Of a stretch of DNA of 64,000 bases, positions 55,401 through 64,000 are shown in pieces (the first letter of the stretch is position 1; each line of letters starts with the position of its first letter). Position numbers and translations under genes: made by a program. The notes under the pieces are model-generated. The model saw only the letters and a program-made list of their open reading frames with translations, ran no database searches and had not been told where the DNA came from. The DNA comes from Eledone cirrhosa (taxonomy: Eukaryota): contig OZ024741.1 of NCBI GenBank assembly GCA_964016885.1, forward strand, positions 408,952,001-409,016,000, read 5' to 3'.

Positions 55401-58400
55401 TAAAAGGAAGACTGTACCTATTTTAAAAGGACGACTGTACCTATTTTAAAAGGGAGACTGTACCTATTTTAAAAGAAAGACTCTACCTATTTTAAAAGGA
55501 AGACTGTGTACCTATTTTAAAATGAAGACTGTACCTATTTTAAAAGGAAGACTGTGTACCTATTTTAAAAGGGAGACTGTAACTATTTTAAAAGGAAGAC
55601 TGTACCTATTTTAATAGGAAGACTACCTATTTTAAAAGGAAGATTGTGTACCTATTTTAAAAGGGAGACTGTACCTATTTTAAAAGGAAGAATGTACTTA
55701 TTTTAAAAGGAAGACTGTACCTATTTTAAAAGGGCGACTGTACCTATCTTCAAAGGGTGACTACCTATTTTAAAAGGGAGACTGTGTACCTATTTTAAAA
55801 GGAAGACTTACCTATTTTAAAAGGAAGACAGTGTACCTGTTTTAAAAGGGAGACTGTGTACCTATTTTAAAAGGGAGACTGTGTACCTATTTTAAAAGAA
55901 AGACTTACCTATTTTAAAAGGAAGACTGTGTACCTGTTTTAAAAGGGAGACTGTACCTATTTTAAAAGGAAGACTGTACCTATTTTAAAAGGAAGACTCT
56001 ACATATTTTAAAAGGAAGACTGTACCTATTTTAAAAAGAAGACTGTGTACCTATTTCAAAAGGAAGACTGTGTACCTATTTTAAAAGGAAGACTAAGTAC
56101 CTATTTTAAGAGGACGAAGATACCTATTTTAAAAGGAAGACTGTACCTATTTTAAAAGGGAGACTGTACCTATTTTAAAAGGAAGACTCTACCTATTTTA
56201 AAAGGAAGACTGTACCTATTTTAAAAAGAAGACTGTGTACCTATATTAAAAGGGAGACTGTGTACGCATTTTAAAAGGATGAGTGTGTACCTATTTTAAA
56301 TGGGAGACTGTACCTATTTTAAAAGGACGACTGTACCTATTTTAAAAGGAAGACTGTACCTATTTTAAAAGGAAGACTGTGTACCTATTTTAAAAGGGAG
56401 ACTGTACCTATTTTAAAAGGAAGACTCTACCTATTTTAAAAGGAAGACTGTGTACCTATTTTAAAAGGGAGACTGTACCTATTGTAAAAGGAAGACTGTA
56501 CCTATTTTAAAATGAAGACTGTACCTATTTTAAAAGGAAGACTCTACATATTTTAAATGGAAGACTGTGTACTTATTTCAAAAGGGAGACTGCACCTATT
56601 TTAAAAGGGAGACTGTACCTATTTTAAAAGGAAGACTGTACCTATTTTAAAAGGAAGACTGTACCTATTTTAAAAGGAAGACTGTGTACCTATTTTAAAA
56701 GGAAGACTGTACCTATTTCAAAAGGAAGACTGTGTACCTATTTTAAAAGGGAGACTATGTTCCTATTTTAAGAGGAAGAAGATACCTATTTTAAAAGGAA
56801 GACTGTGTACCTATTTTAAAAGGGAGACTGTACCTATATTAAAAGGAAGACTGTGTACCTATTTTAAAAGGAAGACTGTACCTATTTTAAAAGGACGACT
56901 GTACCTATTTTAAAAGGGAGACTGTACCTATTTTAAAAGGAAGACTGTACCTATTTTAAAAGGAAGACTGTGTACCTATTTTAAAAGGGAGACTGTACCT
57001 ATTTTAAAAGGAAGACTCTACCTATTTTAAAAGGAAGACTGTGTACCTATTTTAAAAGGGAGACTGTACCTATTGTAAAAGGAAGACTGTACCTATTTTT
57101 AAATGAAGACTGTACCTATTTTAAAAGGAAGACTCTACATATTTTAAATGGAAGACTGTGTACTTATTTCAAAAGGGAGACTGCACCTATTTCAAAAGGG
57201 AGACTGTACCTATTTTAAAAGGAAGACTGTACCTATTTTAAAAGGAAGACTGTACCTATTTTAAAAGGAAGACTGTGTACCTATTTTAAAAGGAAGACTG
57301 TACCTATTTCAAAAGGAAGACTGTGTACCTATTTTAAAAGGGAGACTATGTTCCTATTTTTAGAGGAAGAAGATACCTATTTTAAAAGGAAGACTGTGTA
57401 CCTATTTTAAAAGGGAGACTGTACCTATATTAAAAAGAAGACTGTGTACCTATTTTAAAAGGAAGACTGTACCTATTTTAAAAGGACGACTGTACCTATT
57501 TTAAAAGGGAGACTGTACCTATTTTAAAAGAAAGACTCTACCTATTTTAAAAGGAAGACTGTGTACCTATTTTAAAATGAAGACTGTACCTATTTTAAAA
57601 GGAAGACTGTGTACCTATTTTAAAAGGGAGACTGTAACTATTTTAAAAGGAAGACTGTACCTATTTTAATAGGAAGACTACCTATTTTAAAAGGAAGATT
57701 GTGTACCTATTTTAAAAGGGAGACTGTACCTATTTTAAAAGGAAGAATGTACTTATTTTAAAAGGAAGACTGTACCTATTTTAAAAGGGCGACTGTACCT
57801 ATCTTCAAAGGGTGACTACCTATTTTAAAAGGGAGACTGTGTACCTATTTTAAAAGGAAGACTTACCTATTTTAAAAGGAAGACAGTGTACCTGTTTTAA
57901 AAGGGAGACTGTGTACCTATTTTAAAAGGGAGACTGTGTACCTATTTTAAAAGAAAGACTTACCTATTTTAAAAGGAAGACTGTGTACCTATTTTAAAAG
58001 GGAGACTGTACCTATTTTAAAAGGAAGACTGTACCTATTTTAAAAGGAAGACTCTACATATTTTAAAAGGAAGACTGTACCTATTTTAAAAAGAAGACTG
58101 TGTACCTATTTCAAAAGGAAGACTGTGTACCTATTTTAAAAGGAAGACTAAGTACCTATTTTAAGAGGACGAAGATACCTATTTTAAAAGGAAGACTGTA
58201 CCTATTTTAAAAGGGAGACTGTACCTATTTTAAAAGGAAGACTCTACCTATTTTAAAAGGAAGACTGTACCTATTTTAAAAAGAAGACTGTGTACCTATA
58301 TTAAAAGGGAGACTGTGTACGCATTTTAAAAGGATGAGTGTGTACCTATTTTAAATGGGAGACTGTACCTATTTTAAAAGGACGACTGTACCTATTTTAA

Positions 58401-61400
58401 AAGGAAGACTGTACCTATTTTAAAAGGAAGACTGTGTACCTATTTTAAAAGGGAGACTGTACCTATTTTAAAAGGAAGACTCTACCTATTTTAGAAGGAA
58501 GACTGTGTACCTATTTTAAAAGGGAGACTGTACCTATTGTAAAAGGAAGACTGTACCTATTTTAAAATGAAGACTGTACCTATTTTAAAAGGAAGACTCT
58601 ACATATTTTAAATGGAAGACTGTGTACTTATTTCAAAAGGGAGACTGCACCTATTTTAAAAGGGAGACTGTACCTATTTTAAAAGGAAGACTGTACCTAT
58701 TTTAAAAGGAAGAGTGTACCTATTTTAAAAGGAAGACTGTGTACCTATTTTAAAAGGAAGACTGTACCTATTTCAAAAGGAAGACTGTGTACCTATTTTA
58801 AAAGGGAGACTATGTTCCTATTTTAAGAGGAAGAAGATACCTATTTTAAAAGGAAGACTGTGTACCTATTTTAAAAGGGAGACTGTACCTATATTAAAAG
58901 GAAGATTGTGTACCTATTTTAAAAGGAAGACTGTACCTATTTTAAAAGGACGACTGTACCTATTTTAAAAGGGAGACTGTACCTATTTTAAAAGAAAGAC
59001 TCTACCTATTTTAAAAGGAAGACTGTGTACCTATTTTAAAATGAAGACTGTACCTATTTTAAAAGGAAGACTGTGTACCTATTTTAAAAGGGAGACTGTA
59101 ACTATTTTAAAAGGAAGACTGTACCTATTTTAAAAGGAAGACTACCTATTTTAAAAGGAAGATTGTGTACCTATTTTAAAAGGGATACTGTACCTTTTTT
59201 AAAAGGAAGAATGTACTTATTTTAAAAGGAAGACTGTACCTATTTTAAAAGGGCGACTGTACCTATCTTCAAAGGGAGACTACCTATTTTAAAAGGGAGA
59301 CTGTGTACCTATTTTAAAAGGAAGACTGTACCTATTTTAAAAAGAAGACTGTGTACCTATTTTAAAAGGGAGACTAAGTACCTATTTTAAGAGGACGAAG
59401 ATACCTATTTTAAAAGGAAGATTGTACCTATTTTAAAAGGGAGACTGTACCTATTTTAAAAGGAAGACTCTACCTATTTTAAAAGGAAGACTGTACCTAT
59501 TTTAAAAAGAAGACTGTGTACCTATATTAAAAGGGAGACTGTGTACGCATTTTAAAAGGATGAGTGTGTACCTATTTTAAATGGGAGACTGTACCTATTT
59601 TAAAAGGACGACTGTACCTATTTTAAAAGGAAGACTGTACCTATTTTAAAAGGAAGACTGTGTACCTATTTTAAAAGGGAGACTGTACCTATTTTAAAAG
59701 GAAGACTCTACCTATTTTAAAAGGAAAACTGTGTACCTATTTTAAAAGGGAGACTGTACCTATTGTAAAAGGAAGACTGTACCTATTTTAAAATGAAGAC
59801 TGTACCTATTTTAAAAGGAAGACTCTACATATTTTAAATGGAAGACTGTGTACTTATTTCAAAAGGGAGACTGCACCTATTTTAAAAGGGAGACTGTACC
59901 TATTTTAAAAGGAAGACTGTACCTATTTTAAAAGGAAGACTGTACCTATTTTAAAAGGAAGACTGTACCTATTTTAATAGGAAGACTACCTATTTTAAAA
60001 GGAAGATTGTGTACCTATTTTAAAAGGGAGACTGTACCTATTTTAAAAGGAAGAATGTACTTATTTTAAAAGGAAGACTGTACCTATTTTAAAAGGGCGA
60101 CTGTACCTATCTTCAAAGGGTGACTACCTATTTTAAAAGGGAGACTGTGTACCTATTTTAAAAGGAAGACTTACCTATTTTAAAAGGAAGACAGTGTACC
60201 TGTTTTAAAAGGGAGACTGTGTACCTATTTTAAAAGGGAGACTGTGTACCTATTTTAAAAGAAAGACTTACCTATTTTAAAAGGAAGACTGTGTACCTAT
60301 TTTAAAAGGGAGACTGTACCTATTTTAAAAGGAAGACTGTACCTATTTTAAAAGGAAGACTCTACATATTTTAAAAGGAAGACTGTACCTATTTTAAAAA
60401 GAAGACTGTGTACCTATTTCAAAAGGAAGACTGTGTACCTATTTTAAAAGGAAGACTAAGTACCTATTTTAAGAGGACGAAGATACCTATTTTAAAAGGA
60501 AGACTGTACCTATTTTAAAAGGGAGACTGTACCTATTTTAAAAGGAAGACTCTACCTATTTTAAAAGGAAGACTGTACCTATTTTAAAAAGAAGACTGTG
60601 TACCTATATTAAAAGGGAGACTGTGTACGCATTTTAAAAGGATGAGTGTGTACCTATTTTAAATGGGAGACTGTACCTATTTTAAAAGGACGACTGTACC
60701 TATTTTAAAAGGAAGACTGTACCTATTTTAAAAGGAAGACTGTGTACCTATTTTAAAAGGGAGACTGTACCTATTTTAAAAGGAAGACTCTACCTATTTT
60801 AGAAGGAAGACTGTGTACCTATTTTAAAAGGGAGACTGTACCTATTGTAAAAGGAAGACTGTACCTATTTTAAAATGAAGACTGTACCTATTTTAAAAGG
60901 AAGACTCTACATATTTTAAATGGAAGACTGTGTACTTATTTCAAAAGGGAGACTGCACCTATTTTAAAAGGGAGACTGTACCTATTTTAAAAGGAAGACT
61001 GTACCTATTTTAAAAGGAAGAGTGTACCTATTTTAAAAGGAAGACTGTGTACCTATTTTAAAAGGAAGACTGTACCTATTTCAAAAGGAAGACTGTGTAC
61101 CTATTTTAAAAGGGAGACTATGTTCCTATTTTTAGAGGAAGAAGATACCTATTTTAAAAGGAAGACTGTGTACCTATTTTAAAAGGGAGACTGTACCTAT
61201 ATTAAAAAGAAGACTGTGTACCTATTTTAAAAGGAAGACTGTACCTATTTTAAAAGGACGACTGTACCTATTTTAAAAGGGAGACTGTACCTATTTTAAA
61301 AGAAAGACTCTACCTATTTTAAAAGGAAGACTGTGTACCTATTTTAAAATGAAGACTGTACCTATTTTAAAAGGAAGACTGTGTACCTATTTTAAAAGGG

Positions 61401-64000
61401 AGACTGTAACTATTTTAAAAGGAAGACTGTACCTATTTTAATAGGAAGACTACCTATTTTAAAAGGAAGATTGTGTACCTATTTTAAAAGGGAGACTGTA
61501 CCTATTTTAAAAGGAAGAATGTACTTATTTTAAAAGGAAGACTGTACCTATTTTAAAAGGGCGACTGTACCTATCTTCAAAGGGTGACTACCTATTTTAA
61601 AAGGGAGACTGTGTACCTATTTTAAAAGGAAGACTTACCTATTTTAAAAGGAAGACAGTGTACCTGTTTTAAAAGGGAGACTGTGTACCTATTTTAAAAG
61701 GGAGACTGTGTACCTATTTTAAAAGAAAGACTTACCTATTTTAAAAGGAAGACTGTGTACCTATTTTAAAAGGGAGACTGTACCTATTTTAAAAGGAAGA
61801 CTGTACCTATTTTAAAAGGAAGACTCTACATATTTTAAAAGGAAGACTGTACCTATTTTAAAAAGAAGACTGTGTACCTATTTCAAAAGGAAGACTGTGT
61901 ACCTATTTTAAAAGGAAGACTAAGTACCTATTTTAAGAGGACGAAGATACCTATTTTAAAAGGAAGACTGTACCTATTTTAAAAGGGAGACTGTACCTAT
62001 TTTAAAAGGAAGACTCTACCTATTTTAAAAGGAAGACTGTACCTATTTTAAAAAGAAGACTGTGTACCTATATTAAAAGGGAGACTGTGTACGCATTTTA
62101 AAAGGATGAGTGTGTACCTATTTTAAATGGGAGACTGTACCTATTTTAAAAGGACGACTGTACCTATTTTAAAAGGAAGACTGTACCTATTTTAAAAGGA
62201 AGACTGTGTACCTATTTTAAAAGGGAGACTGTACCTATTTTAAAAGGAAGACTCTACCTATTTTAGAAGGAAGACTGTGTACCTATTTTAAAAGGGAGAC
62301 TGTACCTATTGTAAAAGGAAGACTGTACCTATTTTAAAATGAAGACTGTACCTATTTTAAAAGGAAGACTCTACATATTTTAAAAGGAAGACTGTGTACT
62401 TATTTCAAAAGGGAGACTGCACCTATTTTAAAAGGGAGACTGTACCTATTTTAAAAGGAAGACTGTACCTATTTTAAAAGGAAGAGTGTACCTATTTTAA
62501 AAGGAAGACTGTGTACCTATTTTAAAAGGAAGACTGTACCTATTTCAAAAGGAAGACTGTGTACCTATTTTAAAAGGGAGACTATGTTCCTATTTTAAGA
62601 GGAAGAAGATACCTATTTTAAAAGGAAGACTGTGTACCTATTTTAAAAGGGAGACTGTACCTATATTAAAAGGAAGATTGTGTACCTATTTTAAAAGGAA
62701 GACTGTACCTATTTTAAAAGGACGACTGTACCTATTTTAAAAGGGAGACTGTACCTATTTTAAAAGAAAGACTCTACCTATTTTAAAAGGAAGACTGTGT
62801 ACCTATTTTAAAATGAAGACTGTACCTATTTTAAAAGGAAGACTGTGTACCTATTTTAAAAGGGAGACTGTAACTATTTTAAAAGGAAGACTGTACCTAT
62901 TTTAAAAGGAAGACTACCTATTTTAAAAGGAAGATTGTGTACCTATTTTAAAAGGGATACTGTACCTTTTTTAAAAGGAAGAATGTACTTATTTTAAAAG
63001 GAAGACTGTACCTATTTTAAAAGGGCGACTGTACCTATCTTCAAAGGGAGACTACCTATTTTAAAAGGGAGACTGTGTACCTATTTTAAAAGGAAGACTG
63101 TACCTATTTTAAAAAGAAGACTGTGTACCTATTTTAAAAGGGAGACTAAGTACCTATTTTAAGAGGACGAAGATACCTATTTTAAAAGGAAGATTGTACC
63201 TATTTTAAAAGGGAGACTGTACCTATTTTAAAAGGAAGACTCTACCTATTTTAAAAGGAAGACTGTACCTATTTTAAAAAGAAGACTGTGTACCTATATT
63301 AAAAGGGAGACTGTGTACGCATTTTAAAAGGATGAGTGTGTACCTATTTTAAATGGGAGACTGTACCTATTTTAAAAGGACGACTGTACCTATTTTAAAA
63401 GGAAGACTGTACCTATTTTAAAAGGAAGACTGTGTACCTATTTTAAAAGGGAGACTGTACCTATTTTAAAAGGAAGACTCTACCTATTTTAAAAGGAAAA
63501 CTGTGTACCTATTTTAAAAGGGAGACTGTACCTATTGTAAAAGGAAGACTGTACCTATTTTAAAATGAAGACTGTACCTATTTTAAAAGGAAGACTCTAC
63601 ATATTTTAAATGGAAGACTGTGTACTTATTTCAAAAGGGAGACTGCACCTATTTTAAAAGGGAGACTGTACCTATTTTAAAAGGAAGACTGTACCTATTT
63701 TAAAAGGAAGACTGTACCTATTTTAAAAGGAAGACTGTACCTATTTTAATAGGAAGACTACCTATTTTAAAAGGAAGATTGTGTACCTATTTTAAAAGGG
63801 AGACTGTACCTATTTTAAAAGGAAGAATGTACTTATTTTAAAAGGAAGACTGTACCTATTTTAAAAGGGCGACTGTACCTATCTTCAAAGGGTGACTACC
63901 TATTTTAAAAGGGAGACTGTGTACCTATTTTAAAAGGAAGACTTACCTATTTTAAAAGGAAGACAGTGTACCTGTTTTAAAAGGGAGACTGTGTACCTAT
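52400..64000 (+). repeat. HOR domain V: 1464-bp HOR with 844-bp deleted and 2055-bp expanded variants, forming a 3772-bp super-repeat
   Basis: Marker ATCTTCAAAGGG lies at 52841, 54305, 55746, 57801, 59265, 60109, 61573, 63037 and 63881 (spacings 1464, 1441, 2055, 1464, 844, 1464, 1464, 844). Confidence 0.92.

Larger units (their letters stand above)
1..64000 (+). repeat. Tandem satellite array, 23/25-bp monomer TACCTATTTTAAAAGG(A/G)AGACTG(TG), head-to-tail, running off both window ends
   Basis: Every line consists of this monomer or a close variant. I saw no intervening unique sequence and no reverse-complement copies (CCTTTTAAAATAGGTACA). The 23+25=48 bp dimer matches the 16-aa periodicity (CTYFKRKTVPILKGRL) in the ORF track. 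Confidence 0.99.

Noticed and set aside
1-64000. CRISPR array (23-25 bp, partly palindromic repeat)
   Set aside because: The repeats abut directly with no unique spacers, and there is no leader or cas gene.
1-64000. Long yeast-type telomeric repeat (23-bp Candida albicans and 25-bp Kluyveromyces lactis units also contain GTGTAC)
   Set aside because: Similarity is limited to unit length and a hexamer. There is no G-rich strand, the array is far longer than such telomeres, and kilobase HORs with inherited variants indicate recombinational amplification rather than templated telomerase synthesis.
1-64000. Plasmid iterons, or the tandem repeats of Borg-like or viral elements
   Set aside because: Those occur as short arrays embedded among genes. 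Here there are thousands of copies and no coding sequence.
1-64000. Synthetic construct or rolling-circle/sequencing artefact (BbsI GAAGAC and BsmAI GAGAC sites in most monomers)
   Set aside because: Nested, inherited variants at several scales and private SNVs between copies fit natural evolution, and the sites are chance content of the monomer. Exact copy numbers could still be affected by assembly error.
1-64000. TATA-like promoters or terminators at TATTTTAAAA
   Set aside because: The motif is part of every monomer and has no associated transcription unit.

Overview
The whole 64 kb window is one uninterrupted, single-orientation, AT-rich (about one-third GC) tandem satellite array of roughly 2,700 monomers (estimated from length). 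The consensus monomer is TACCTATTTTAAAAGG(A/G)AGACTG(TG), 23 or 25 bp, with rare 18-24 bp variants. I see no credible genes, RNA genes, mobile elements, CRISPR spacers or unique sequence, and all listed ORFs are translations of the repeat. The structure worth reporting is higher-order. Diagnostic variant monomers divide the array into five domains with different higher-order repeat (HOR) periods: about 3107/2814 bp (1-9.1 kb); a modular mosaic of 1862/1485/1053/1008 bp blocks (9.1-36.7 kb); about 1878 bp (36.7-48.3 kb); a heterogeneous transition zone (48.3-52.4 kb); and 1464 bp nested in a 3772 bp super-repeat (52.4-64 kb). This resembles eukaryotic heterochromatic satellite DNA (centromeric, pericentromeric or subtelomeric), but the organism and function cannot be determined from sequence. 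I found no supportable evidence for a new gene-encoded system. Periods were counted by hand from marker positions, and domain boundaries are approximate.
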